Source of the DNA: Candidatus Hydrogenedentota bacterium
Lineage (GTDB): Bacteria; Hydrogenedentota; Hydrogenedentia; Hydrogenedentales; SLHB01
Assembly (NCBI GenBank): GCA_029974275.1
Contig: JARKSN010000316.1
Location: forward strand, 1-64,000
Direction of reading: 5' to 3'
Length of the DNA: 64,000 nucleotides
Shown here: positions 41,401 through 50,158 of the stretch, one piece after another
Position numbering within the stretch: the first letter of the stretch is position 1
Layout of the letters: each line of letters begins with the position of its first letter
Program-made: the position numbers and the translations under genes
Notes under the pieces: generated by a model
What the model saw: the letters and a program-made list of their open reading frames with translations, nothing else
Databases searched by the model: none
Told to the model about the DNA's origin: nothing

Positions 41401-44400
41401 CGCCCTCCTCGCGAGAGACCTTGAAAACCTCCGTCTCGAGCAAGAGCCCGTCGCCCGGACGGACCATCGAAACGCCCCCCTTTTCCAGCATTTCGGCCAG
41501 CATGGCCCCAGAGACAGGCAATCGCGAGACAACCGCCCCGGAATCCGCCTGCACCGAGACAATGCCGGTTTGAGATTCGCGCTCGATGACGCCATAGGTC
41601 TGGTCTTTGGCGCGAAACCATCCATAAAACGTGTATCCGGGAATGGGGGAAAGGAGACGTCGCAACCTGCCCTCAGCCGGATCGTACTGGGCCACGCTTC
41701 CCTGAATGTCTATGAAATAAACCTTGCCGTTGGAGCATTGCGCATATACGGTTTCTCGCGGATCGAATCCTGCCTCATCGAGCGCGCCGCCGCGCGCGTA
41801 TTCGACGCAGGGAGCTGCAATGTCGCGCCATTCCATCATCGACAAGCGCCCGTCGGCGACGAACGCCATTCGGACCACGCCCCGATCATCCACCCGAATG
41901 CCGCCCTGGCGCACGTTCTCGGGGATGGATGTCACCAAGCGTTGATGAAGGTCTTTTCCGACGAAAAGGACATCCCGATCGTCTGCAATGACCATTCCCG
42001 AGGAACTCGAAGCGCAGTGCTGCGGCGTCTGCTTCAGTTCGAGCGGCATTTCGCGCCAAGTGCCGCATGCGTGATCATAAACGCCCAGCGATGGATCGGG
42101 ACCTACGAACACGACGCTGGAATCGTCTCGTTGCCAAGCGAAGATGGCTTTTTCCACGAGACGCCGCATGCCGCGGGCAGACCCAAAGCTATCCGCCTTC
42201 CATTGTGCGGAGGTTTTCCCTGAAATCGGCGTCCAACGGACCAGAGAACCCTCGGCGTTGAGCGCCCAAACCCGCTGACCAGGAGCCTTTGAACCGGCCA
42301 GTTGCACCGCTGCCTTGCGCCCTCCAGGAATCTCGCGCCATGCGTTGTCGTATTGGTGGAACAACCGCCCGTCTTGCAGCCGGGCGAACACGATACCGGC
42401 GGCAGAGCATAAATCTGTCACCGGCGAGGGGGAAGAGCCGGATACGATTCCAAGCTGCGCATATGTCGCCGTATCGTTGTGGTAGGCGATCACGTGGCCG
42501 CCAGGGCCCGATGCAAGCATCGCGTTTTCGCCTGACGGCGCGATGGCGGTCGCACGACTCGGTTCGAAAGGAAAACCGCCCTTCCCAAATACGCCAGTGG
42601 AAATTCGGTCCGACACAAGACGCAGACAGCCGTCCTTGTATAGATAGACAAGGTCTTCGCCGGTCAAGCGAATCTGTTTCACCGTTTCCGGGCTGTCAGG
42701 GGAAGCGATCCAGCCGCGATCTTCGCCCATGTCGCCCGTATTCGAGGCATATTGGATGCACCGATCGCCCTTAAGAAAGGCCACCCGCCACCACTCCGAC
42801 TTGCTTTCTCCGTCGCCCCGCACGTAAAGGCACGCATCCCCCAGAAACGAGGAAGAGGAGGCGGCGTCGGCGCCTAGGGTCGGCGCATGCCCTGTGCAAA
42901 AACGCCTAGGAAACCCGGTTTTTGGATAATCGTATCGGTAAATCTCGCCATTTTCCCCTAACCCCAAGAACACGCCATGGCACGAGACGACATGTTTGGC
43001 AGGACACTGGTTAAACGGGTCCAACGCTCGCCAGTGGCTTTGCCGTTTTGGGTCGTATGCATAGCAATACGCCGCGCCGTTGCTATCCACCGCCAAGACC
43101 CCGTCGGGAAGGGCTTCCAATGCCCTGAATCCGCTTGCCCGCCGCCGCTCGTCAATCGTTCTATTTCCCTCCTGTCCGTGCCACAACGCCATGGATGCAT
43201 CCTGATACCCGTGCGTATGGGCGTCATACAAAAACGTCCCGCGGTTCGTCGCGAAAAGCATCCCTTCGTCGACGGTTTTGATGCTCCGGACCTCCAGCGC
43301 GCCGACAGCGCCCTCGGGCTTCCAGCCGTTTCCGGACCTGATCGTCTCGTGTTGGCCTTGCGCCATGGGAGCCCTGGCCAGCCGAACCTCAAGCGCGGAT
43401 CCGCCGGATGTGGCCTGATAGAGACATAGCCCGCCGTCGGGGCTTACCGCCGCCGGCCCTGTGGCGTTCGCGTCGAGAACGACTACGTTTTTCGATAGGT
43501 CCTGATTTTCGGAAGCGTTTACAAGCAGCAATCCGGCATCCGTAGCCACCAGCGCTGCGCTCCCGTGCGACCCAGGAACCGTATCGATGGACGATATATT
43601 CGGACATGTCGCCACTCCGATGAGCCGGCGTTCTGTCGCATCGTAACGGAACAACGCGTTGGCCGTAGCCATCCACGTGGCGCTTTCATCTTGAGCCACC
43701 CGCGTGATGCTTGTCACGGCGTCGAGCTTCGGCGCTGTTTCGGGCTGATGCGTGAAATAGGGCCCCGCCCATCCCGCATCGGGATCGAAGAGCCAAGTGG
43801 AACCGTGCGAGTCTTGCGCCCATGCACTGTGTCCTTCATACGGGGCGTCGAGCTGGACAGCGGCCTGGGTATGCAGTTCGCCGCGATCCAGAAAATTCAG
43901 CGTTTGGCGATCTGCGCAACGGACGCCTCCTTCCCGAAGCGTAAGCCAGACGCGATCGCGCGTCAGGCCGACATCCGCCATGTCAACCGCCGAGGCCTGG
44001 CCTGTTTGCCAGGAACGGTCTCGTTGCAATGTCCCATCCGAAAGAGGACTAAAGGTGTAGCGCGCCACGCCCGCGCCTCGAAGCGCCACTAGCCATCCCG
44101 ACGCATCGAACGCATTGCCTTGCACCTCCGCCTCCACGCTGCCGACAGAGGCGTGATGGCGCCAGTAGGGATTTTCAGGCGCCCCCAGCCACGAATTCAT
44201 CGCTATCCCGCTTTTTCCATGCGTCGCATGGGACCGCTCGATAGCCTGTCCCGACGTCAAGACGAGAAACTCATCCGGTCCTTTGCCATTTGTGACGTCG
44301 AGCGTTGGATTTGGGATATGACGCTGCCGGACAAGACGGCTTTGCTTGTGGAGGATTGTCAGACCGTCCGATGTTCCCAGCGCCAGCCAATTTCCGTTTG

Positions 44401-45139
44401 ACGCCATGGACGTGAATACCGTGCGCGTGTAATCCCAGAAGGGGCGTACGTCGCGCACATGGTCAAGGGTGTTCCAGGGAAACATCCACGGCAGCCTGGG
44501 GTTCACGGCAAACACCGACATCGCCGCACCCGAAAACAGGCATGCAGTCAGGAGCCCCCCCAGCGCCCAGACCGATATCGCTCGACGAGCGTAATCGTAG
44601 GGAAAGCTCGATATCTTGTAAGCGTTTGGTCGCAGTGAGGTTTCGGATGCTCCATGCTGCCGCGCGAAGTCTTCCGCCAAAGCATCGACGAAGCGAATCC
44701 GCCCCAGAATTCCTTCCTGCCACTCGCGCGGAACTCGCCGCCGCCACGCGCCCAGCAAACGGCGCAGTGTATTCAGGGCCAGCGCTTGCATCACATCGTT
44801 CGTCTCATGCGACGGAAGTGTCGGCGGAATGGAGAAATCCGCATCCTCGGCGAGGTCTTCCAAAAAACATCTCCAGACATCCCAGCGGACCTCAGTCGAG
44901 AAATCCTCTGTAAGCGCCAGCCACATGGTCGCGCACGAACTTCCCAGCCGCGCCGCCAGTTCCGTCGGTTGCAGGGCGCGCACCAGATGAAACTGGTTGT
45001 GTATCGCGCGAACCGCCATTGTTTCAGGCTGGTTCTCGTGGTGCAGTAAAAGGTGCAGAAAACGTGCGTACGACTCACCGTTTCTGATGGATTCAGGGCC
45101 CACCGGGTAAAGAACTCCGCGGCGAGTTTGACGACGCAA
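38414..45139 (-). CDS. Giant single-pass membrane protein with extracytoplasmic beta-propeller-like repeats; 5' end uncertain (ATG 45019, or originally fused to the CHAT ORF)
   Basis: 2241-codon open frame; one hydrophobic segment (AISVWALGGLLTACLFSGAAMSVFAV, about 44504-44580); blade-like motifs WLALGTSDGL, WMATANALFRYD, LFATNRGTFLYD, LITDLGL, VAVGSLGGI. Confidence 0.75.
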   Translation of the reverse strand: MRRQTRRGVLYPVGPESIRNGESYARFLHLLLHHENQPETMAVRAIHNQFHLVRALQPTELAARLGSSCATMWLALTEDFSTEVRWDVWRCFLEDLAEDADFSIPPTLPSHETNDVMQALALNTLRRLLGAWRRRVPREWQEGILGRIRFVDALAEDFARQHGASETSLRPNAYKISSFPYDYARRAISVWALGGLLTACLFSGAAMSVFAVNPRLPWMFPWNTLDHVRDVRPFWDYTRTVFTSMASNGNWLALGTSDGLTILHKQSRLVRQRHIPNPTLDVTNGKGPDEFLVLTSGQAIERSHATHGKSGIAMNSWLGAPENPYWRHHASVGSVEAEVQGNAFDASGWLVALRGAGVARYTFSPLSDGTLQRDRSWQTGQASAVDMADVGLTRDRVWLTLREGGVRCADRQTLNFLDRGELHTQAAVQLDAPYEGHSAWAQDSHGSTWLFDPDAGWAGPYFTHQPETAPKLDAVTSITRVAQDESATWMATANALFRYDATERRLIGVATCPNISSIDTVPGSHGSAALVATDAGLLLVNASENQDLSKNVVVLDANATGPAAVSPDGGLCLYQATSGGSALEVRLARAPMAQGQHETIRSGNGWKPEGAVGALEVRSIKTVDEGMLFATNRGTFLYDAHTHGYQDASMALWHGQEGNRTIDERRRASGFRALEALPDGVLAVDSNGAAYCYAYDPKRQSHWRALDPFNQCPAKHVVSCHGVFLGLGENGEIYRYDYPKTGFPRRFCTGHAPTLGADAASSSSFLGDACLYVRGDGESKSEWWRVAFLKGDRCIQYASNTGDMGEDRGWIASPDSPETVKQIRLTGEDLVYLYKDGCLRLVSDRISTGVFGKGGFPFEPSRATAIAPSGENAMLASGPGGHVIAYHNDTATYAQLGIVSGSSPSPVTDLCSAAGIVFARLQDGRLFHQYDNAWREIPGGRKAAVQLAGSKAPGQRVWALNAEGSLVRWTPISGKTSAQWKADSFGSARGMRRLVEKAIFAWQRDDSSVVFVGPDPSLGVYDHACGTWREMPLELKQTPQHCASSSSGMVIADDRDVLFVGKDLHQRLVTSIPENVRQGGIRVDDRGVVRMAFVADGRLSMMEWRDIAAPCVEYARGGALDEAGFDPRETVYAQCSNGKVYFIDIQGSVAQYDPAEGRLRRLLSPIPGYTFYGWFRAKDQTYGVIERESQTGIVSVQADSGAVVSRLPVSGAMLAEMLEKGGVSMVRPGDGLLLETEVFKVSREEGVTHCWRNAHGAWRSLHAKPGGFEEDVYDGAALGPSGNVYTVQRGELAVLMPGKNSTELEETRRERVLGKDLVSAQWFSYDRIQLTFADRTTRLVEEASEGTLRFEETLSTKTAARVDVAGEQLDFRAGPENGLDIAWSDASRAERPVWASSGDTFSFLCTKDMEILSDGSLVLITDLGLTVRDADSFRLQVVDERFRNGSLVRLEGPARVAIEMNSRFVALWQDGQLTLLTGPDALAQTSVVENGGWQWRLTRRPGMETELRIVRLDEANRTRSWRQTTAGNWKFRDDLVTWLRRDVSDGPITLETEDGFWRLQARPFQRVDKSETPLSHDPESEISTPALRIACREGKVSFRAFDGKSVFDGSRFFFDRGASFASFNEGLYVFVPGRCVVKRDPRSPATIMACFAPPSDMPSDCVPSLIGGAALRLTAREKHRLWTFQTSAAADASWQSEKLETPQVEGQVGNIVWRPISKTDMSLTPCVEAEETGAQPLPIPDWWHEDRFAWDITHAIGLLDDNRTGVLVTQAGLARVDLAQAGQYPMTLTVLRGQTRCDVARANGKRTGVVVGGDAEFPQYHVSCMEGPWRLERIDASPSLRSVAHLMVAFQDDGMLGKRRLELTQSWIPRDLLSKNAPLLRSRIPDISDDRLLADGRFVFDAADAGCALESFPGKEKLWLLATHSQNPENGGSSFLCLNAIEENRLVLRDIKPCPRRIDRIREAELGSFFTAQREGTGETVSWRFHRSSWKDGPLAWEEIDAQTTGNAFRVGDTVVLRAPALAWSSEPRYAWSDLASAPFTASPADYAALIDIGNCRAMAFDVLTSAAMLPALEYVAVGSLGGILLLPWHEDGKQALRDARLVIGDEKNRIRGVERVRVFDDVDGRPAIWARTSAMEATSFRCEVGHAVIDLCFGKQPWSFQTPAPDGGILRVEADGLLRGKGDSMYAVSNDAWRLGRKPLRDVADILGDAAFSCTWVCTRSEGLFKAVSDRKRPRRVSSP

Positions 45140-46134
45140 TGGATAGCGAGCGGCGGATCCTGGGAATCAAGCGCCGGCGTCTGGGCCTGATGCATCCCCA
45201 GCCGGATGTCGATGCTGGCGCCGACGAAAAAACGAACCCCGGCGTCGAGGAAGGCATGCGGATATGAGAGCCCCTGCTCTTCGCGGCCTGATGGGTCACG
45301 TCCCGCGCTGTAGCAACAGCACGCGTACACCAGTTCCGGGACGATGCGTCTTTGGTTGGGTGCGGTGGATGATGTCTGGTCTGCGCGCAGAAAACGCCGG
45401 AGATCGGAAATCGACAGCACGTGTCCCGGGTGCAACAGCCAACCTCTTCCCTTGTCCGACGGGTCGGACAAATGACCCAAGAAAAAAACGGCGCGATGCT
45501 TGCGAAATATCTCGATCAAGAGGTCGAAGCGCCCCGCATCGTCGCCTTTGAGCCGTTGAAATTCCTCGCCGCTGAAGGTGTCCACAATCAAGTAAGGTTG
45601 CAACTGCCTCTGGAGCGATTTGGCCTGAGACTCGAACAATTCGTTTCCGTCCCCTGTCGCGTAGAGAATGGCAAGAGTTCTTTCGGGCGGCCGGTCGACA
45701 GGCGGACACGCCAAGTGGTCTATGATCCGGTAGACAGGGCCTAGGGTGTCGAGCCATTTCTCGCCTGCGGGGAGCAGTTCTGGCAGCAGCTCACAGGATT
45801 GATAGGTGAGGATCAGCGTCAATGGAAGAGGCGGCGTGGAGGACTGCATGGCTTGGGTCACCAGATCGAAGCCCTTTTCCCATCCGATAAAACTAAGCAA
45901 ATCGGCGCCTGCCGCCACAGGATACGGTCGTAGCGGATCGTCGAGAGCCTCCTTCATGGATGCGTGCATTCGCCCGATCGCGCCGTGCAGGAGAGAATCC
46001 CAACGCTTTCCGGGATCAACGATGGGGTGCGATAGGGGAGCCGATGTCTTGTCCGCCGCTGAAAAGATAACCAGAAGGGGGGATTGCCCTTCTTCGGGAT
46101 AATGAAGCGAGAATGTTGCGGATGCCTCGTTCAT
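44791..46134 (-). CDS. CHAT-domain (caspase-like, clan CD) protease, apparently truncated or frameshifted near 45075
   Basis: LTLIL...LLPELL...VYR (LPWE-like), AVFFLGH (catalytic His, codon 45474-45472), LVYACCCYSA (catalytic Cys, about 45315), AFLDAGVRFFVG, LAAEFF. Confidence 0.75.
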   Translation of the reverse strand: MNEASATFSLHYPEEGQSPLLVIFSAADKTSAPLSHPIVDPGKRWDSLLHGAIGRMHASMKEALDDPLRPYPVAAGADLLSFIGWEKGFDLVTQAMQSSTPPLPLTLILTYQSCELLPELLPAGEKWLDTLGPVYRIIDHLACPPVDRPPERTLAILYATGDGNELFESQAKSLQRQLQPYLIVDTFSGEEFQRLKGDDAGRFDLLIEIFRKHRAVFFLGHLSDPSDKGRGWLLHPGHVLSISDLRRFLRADQTSSTAPNQRRIVPELVYACCCYSAGRDPSGREEQGLSYPHAFLDAGVRFFVGASIDIRLGMHQAQTPALDSQDPPLAIHCVVKLAAEFFTRWALNPSETVSRTHVFCTFYCTTRTSLKQWRFARYTTSFIWCAPCNRRNWRRGWEVRARPCGWRLQRISRLRSAGMSGDVFWKTSPRMRISPFRRHFRRMRRTM

Positions 46135-47054
46135 GCGGGGGTGTTCTCGCCAGCGTCCGGCGCTGTGCCCGCCACTACGGGCAATTCGATCGTCACCTCG
46201 CGCAACTCGCCCGAACGGGTCGCACCGGATAGAAATAGACGCAACGGTTCGGTCGTCGGCGGTGCAATCCGGAAATCGATCCCTCCTTCCCTGCGCAGGT
46301 CTCGAGCGCCCGTGGCAGGACGCTCGGAAGTTCCCAGCGCCACCGAGAGGGGAAACGAGGTTTCCCCGACGAGGTCACAATGGCATACCCAATAGACGGC
46401 CTCTCCGTCCTTGAGATATTCCTCCCGCAGAGTGATCCGGATCGTCACGCCAAAATCCTGGACGGGTGCATCCAGAAGAATTCGGTCCGGATACTCCGTC
46501 AAAGCAGGCACAGGTTGAATCCCCGTGCAGGTCCAGATGCCTACGCGCAGTCCTGGCTCAAACGCGGTTTCCAGCATTCGGATCCCGGCATGCGCGGCCT
46601 CCGATACGTGTTCCGCAAGCCGCCACTTCTTGCCACGCAACACCAGCATTTGAGACGGGAAGGCGCCGACGCACGAGTGGGCGAAGTCCAGCCATTCGCG
46701 GCGTTGCTGGTTCATGTCGAGCAGGAGTGCCTTGGTCGCTTCTGGGAAAGGCTCGATGCCTTGGGTATGCGTTGCAACCGGTTGCTCGGTTTCCTCCTTC
46801 CAAAATTCAAGCGCGGCAAGGATGCTGTCAAGACCGGCTTGCGCGACATGGGGATCTGTTTCAAGATTCTTGATCACGGTAAGAAAACGGTCGAATTCAT
46901 CGGCGGCCCGTTTCCGGAAAAAAGACACGGCCTCCCGAATATCCGCTTCGGGCACGTTTTCTCCCGCAAGATAGTCAAGAATCATGTTTCGAGCCCTCTG
47001 TGCCGCGTCAATATCAGCTTGAGCGGGCACGATAGGCCGACTATTGGAATCCAT
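46131..47054 (-). CDS. Hypothetical soluble protein, putative anti-sigma factor
   Basis: AGGAG RBS; 8 nt after the sigma gene and ATGA-coupled to the CHAT gene. The N-terminal helix ILDYLAGE..PEADIREAV resembles an anti-sigma domain lacking HxxxCxxC; beta-rich C-terminus; no TM segment. Confidence 0.55.
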   Translation of the reverse strand: MDSNSRPIVPAQADIDAAQRARNMILDYLAGENVPEADIREAVSFFRKRAADEFDRFLTVIKNLETDPHVAQAGLDSILAALEFWKEETEQPVATHTQGIEPFPEATKALLLDMNQQRREWLDFAHSCVGAFPSQMLVLRGKKWRLAEHVSEAAHAGIRMLETAFEPGLRVGIWTCTGIQPVPALTEYPDRILLDAPVQDFGVTIRITLREEYLKDGEAVYWVCHCDLVGETSFPLSVALGTSERPATGARDLRREGGIDFRIAPPTTEPLRLFLSGATRSGELREVTIELPVVAGTAPDAGENTPA

Positions 47055-47062
47055 GTTGTCTC

Positions 47063-48724
47063 CTATTTCATCTGTTTGAGAAGCTTGAGCAGGTGATCAC
47101 GCTCGTCACCCAAGGCGGGATTCAGGGTGTCCGCGGTGTTCTCAGAACTCCTTTTCCGCTCTTGATGCAGGTACCAGCCCGGGGAAACGAAAAAGTCAAT
47201 GCGCCAATCAGGCATCTTTGCTTGCGTGTGGACACGCGTTAGTTTTTGGTCGCATTGATCCGCGCGGAACCGTTCCAGGGCCTCGCACAAGCGGGCCTTG
47301 TCGCGCGGCTCGGTGTTTGGGCTGATCAGCCCTGCCGATCGGGCCGAATCGAGCATTGCGCGCACGCGCTGACATGCTTTCTCCGGCTCAAGCTTCGTGT
47401 CAACGAGCACGCGAGCGAGAAATGCCCAAGCCAGAGTCTCTTCGTCACGCGCGGCCCTGCCCAACGCGGCCAGATGGCGCAGTGTGGGAAGGTCCGTCTT
47501 GTCCCATCCGGTTTCTTGGGCGACTTTTTCCAGCACGGCCATATCGCCTGGAGGCTCTGGAGATGTCGCCCTGAGGCCAGCGACCAGAGCCGTCATGCGT
47601 TGCCGCAGTCTGCGCCGCGGCGTGTAAAGGTCTGATGGGCTGATGGTTATATTAGGCGCTGATTCCAATTCGCGCTCCATTTCCTCGTCGGAGATGTCCC
47701 CGTTTTTCCACATATGCAAGACAAGATCTTTCCAGATAACTTTCACTCGGCTCTGCGCCTTGACCTGGAAAAAGGTTTCCACCAACTGGTAGCGCTCGCG
47801 AATCATCGTCAGGCGCTCCATATCGTCTTCCGGCTCCGGCGCGGGAGGAGCAGAGGGCGGCTGGGGCGTGTTGCAGTTGCTGCGAAGGATGTTTTCCGCC
47901 ACGGCGGCAATCCAATGGGGCAACGGCCCTGCGTATCGGTAGCCCCCGTCGGGATCCTCCCAGTGTTCGAGCACCCGCAGGACGGCTTCCGAGACGGCAG
48001 CATCCGCGGTCCATTCTCCGGCTCCGCATGACCATCGCGCTTGGAGAGTCTTCGATATTTTCCCGAGTAAGCTTGCTAACTCCTGTTCGGCCTTCTGGAT
48101 AGACATCGTTTGGCATGTCCTGGTAGCCAGAAAACGAACAACGGGATACCAAGTGAGGAGGTTGTCCGCGATTTGTTCGATCTGAGGTTGAGCGTAGGTA
48201 GCGATGAGGGAAGGGCGGAACTTGCGACGGATATATTCCCGAAGTTCCGGAATCAATGCGGGTGGAGCAGAGGCAAGAACAAGCTGATCGAAACGGCGAA
48301 GAAGTTTTTCGTCGGGGACGCCGCGATTGTTCCAAAACGCCCGCACCCGATCCATGAACGATCTTGGATTGTGTTGCAGCGTTCCCAAGCGGGTGGGCGC
48401 AATGTCCTTCTTAAACGCGTCGGCCATCGCAACGCACTCATTGTAGTGAGAGTCATTCTGGACGAGTTCTTCAAGTGCGAGGCCGGCATTCGCGGCAAGC
48501 GCTTCGATCAGCTCCAGCAGCGGAATGTTTTGTCTGGCGCAGTTTTCGATGGCTCTAGGCGATGGCGTCGAGGAAGACAGGCGGGTCTGGGGGGCGGAGA
48601 GTTCTGTGGCGACTATTTTGGCAAGCAAGGTCGCGTCAAGCTGCGTTCCCAGGACCTTCTCACATATTTTATGAATATCATTGCAATGCGGCGCGTCAGA
48701 CAAAGCAGGACTTTCTTGTTCCAT
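47063..48724 (-). CDS. Divergent ECF-like sigma-70 factor with long N- and C-terminal extensions
   Basis: Region-2-like ADAAVSEAVLRVLEH...YRYAGPLPHWIAAVAENILRS, a Pro-rich linker, and region-4-like ISDEEMERELE...ISPSDLYTPRRRLRQRM. Confidence 0.62.
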   Translation of the reverse strand: MEQESPALSDAPHCNDIHKICEKVLGTQLDATLLAKIVATELSAPQTRLSSSTPSPRAIENCARQNIPLLELIEALAANAGLALEELVQNDSHYNECVAMADAFKKDIAPTRLGTLQHNPRSFMDRVRAFWNNRGVPDEKLLRRFDQLVLASAPPALIPELREYIRRKFRPSLIATYAQPQIEQIADNLLTWYPVVRFLATRTCQTMSIQKAEQELASLLGKISKTLQARWSCGAGEWTADAAVSEAVLRVLEHWEDPDGGYRYAGPLPHWIAAVAENILRSNCNTPQPPSAPPAPEPEDDMERLTMIRERYQLVETFFQVKAQSRVKVIWKDLVLHMWKNGDISDEEMERELESAPNITISPSDLYTPRRRLRQRMTALVAGLRATSPEPPGDMAVLEKVAQETGWDKTDLPTLRHLAALGRAARDEETLAWAFLARVLVDTKLEPEKACQRVRAMLDSARSAGLISPNTEPRDKARLCEALERFRADQCDQKLTRVHTQAKMPDWRIDFFVSPGWYLHQERKRSSENTADTLNPALGDERDHLLKLLKQMK

Positions 48725-48933
48725 GAATTTTCCAATGCAGATATATGAATAAAACCAATGATATGGGGTCCCCCAAAGAAGAATACATATCCCAAACTAC
48801 GATGCTAGCATACGCTTCTGTTCAGGATCAATGGTGGTGGAACGCTCAGGACCATTGCCCGAGGTTTGACCCCACCGAAAAGCGCGATCGTGAGGCAGGC
48901 TTGAACGAAGGGAAAGGGGGAATGAGGGCAATC

Positions 48934-49911
48934 TCAAACCGTGACGACGGCGCCCGCGCGGGCGGATTCGTACAAGGCGTCAATGACCCGCATGTTGGCG
49001 ATGGCGTCTTCTATGCTCCATCGGAGCGGATCGCGCGTGCGGCAAGCGCGCACGAAGTCTTCGATTTCAAGCGCATAGGAATTGGCCGCCGGCACGTTGA
49101 CCACTTCCTCGCGATCGCCCCGGCGCAATAGAAACGTGGCGCGCTCGTTGCCGGGAAGCCACGGCGAGGGAATGAGGATCGAGCCGTCGGCGCCTTCAAT
49201 CTCGGCGGTCTCTCTCGCGTATGACTCGATGCCGCATTCGAGGTGCGCGAGGATGTTGTTGGGGAACTCCAGGATGCCGAGCATCAGATCGTCGACGCTG
49301 GTGCGGCGTTCGAATGCGGCTACGCGGATAGGTTCTGCGCCGGCGACAAGCCGCGACAGGTTCACGCAGTAACAACCGACGTCCATGAGCGAGCCGCCAG
49401 CCAGTGCGGCGTCGGCGATAATGCTGTCCCGGCTGTGCATCCGGAATGAAAACGCGCTGCGGATCGTCGTAATAACGCCGAGGGCGCCATCCTGTATCAG
49501 GCCGAAGATGCGGTCGTACTGCGGGTGATAACGGTACATGAACGCTTCGCCGAGGGGCAGGCGCTTTTGCGCCGCCACGTCGGCGACCCGGCGGGCTTCG
49601 GCGGCGTTGGCCGCGAAAGGCTTCTCGCACAAAACCGGCAGTCCCGCCTCGAGGGCCTTGATGGTCCACTCCGCGTGCAAGCTATTCGGCAACGGATTAT
49701 ACACGCAGTCAATCTCGGCGGAGTCGAGCATCTCCTGGTACGATCCGAATACCCGCGGAATGCCTTGCTCCTTTGCCCATTCAAGGGCGCGCGTGTATTC
49801 GCGACTCGCCACGGCTTGCACGCGGGTGTCGTAGCATTCGGCCATGGCCTTGATGAAGGTGCGCGCGATCTTCGCCGTGCCCAGAATGCCCCACCGGACT
49901 TCGTTCATCAT
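48934..49911 (-). CDS. Gfo/Idh/MocA family oxidoreductase
   Basis: VRWGILGTAKIA, YNPLPNSLHAEW, LCEKPF, EAFMYRYHPQ, GGSLMDVGCY. Confidence 0.92.
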   Translation of the reverse strand: MMNEVRWGILGTAKIARTFIKAMAECYDTRVQAVASREYTRALEWAKEQGIPRVFGSYQEMLDSAEIDCVYNPLPNSLHAEWTIKALEAGLPVLCEKPFAANAAEARRVADVAAQKRLPLGEAFMYRYHPQYDRIFGLIQDGALGVITTIRSAFSFRMHSRDSIIADAALAGGSLMDVGCYCVNLSRLVAGAEPIRVAAFERRTSVDDLMLGILEFPNNILAHLECGIESYARETAEIEGADGSILIPSPWLPGNERATFLLRRGDREEVVNVPAANSYALEIEDFVRACRTRDPLRWSIEDAIANMRVIDALYESARAGAVVTV

Positions 49912-50158
49912 GCTACGCCTCCCCGTGCGCCGGCCGCGCCGCGATTTTGGGTTCATGCCCAAGCGTCAAGCGAGTATACATAAGAGCGGGGGGCGCAACA
50001 AAAAGAAGCATTGGCCGCCAATCGCCCCGATGGAATGGCAGCGACTCCCATCGCTCCACGACGGCACGTGATTTTCTTCGAGCGATTGTGGGAAGACGCG
50101 GGGAACGTATGCTAGACTTTTCCCCTGCGGCGCAAAGGTCGTGACGCGGGAGGATGCC

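Noticed and set aside
45226..45490. Two T_TTT_TTC slippery heptamers in the CHAT frame (VFFL and RFFV) as a programmed -1 frameshift into the giant ORF
   Set aside because: The -1 frame has a TGA at 45169-45167, so slippage at these sites terminates before reaching the giant ORF.
38400..48950. att sites or target duplications bounding the sigma/CHAT locus
   Set aside because: Only a 7-bp CGTGACG coincidence at the two ends and no mobility gene, which is insufficient.
48745..49131. 128-aa plus-strand ORF beside the sigma gene
   Set aside because: Half of it overlaps the oxidoreductase antisense, the rest covers the AT-rich presumed promoter region, and it has no recognisable motif.
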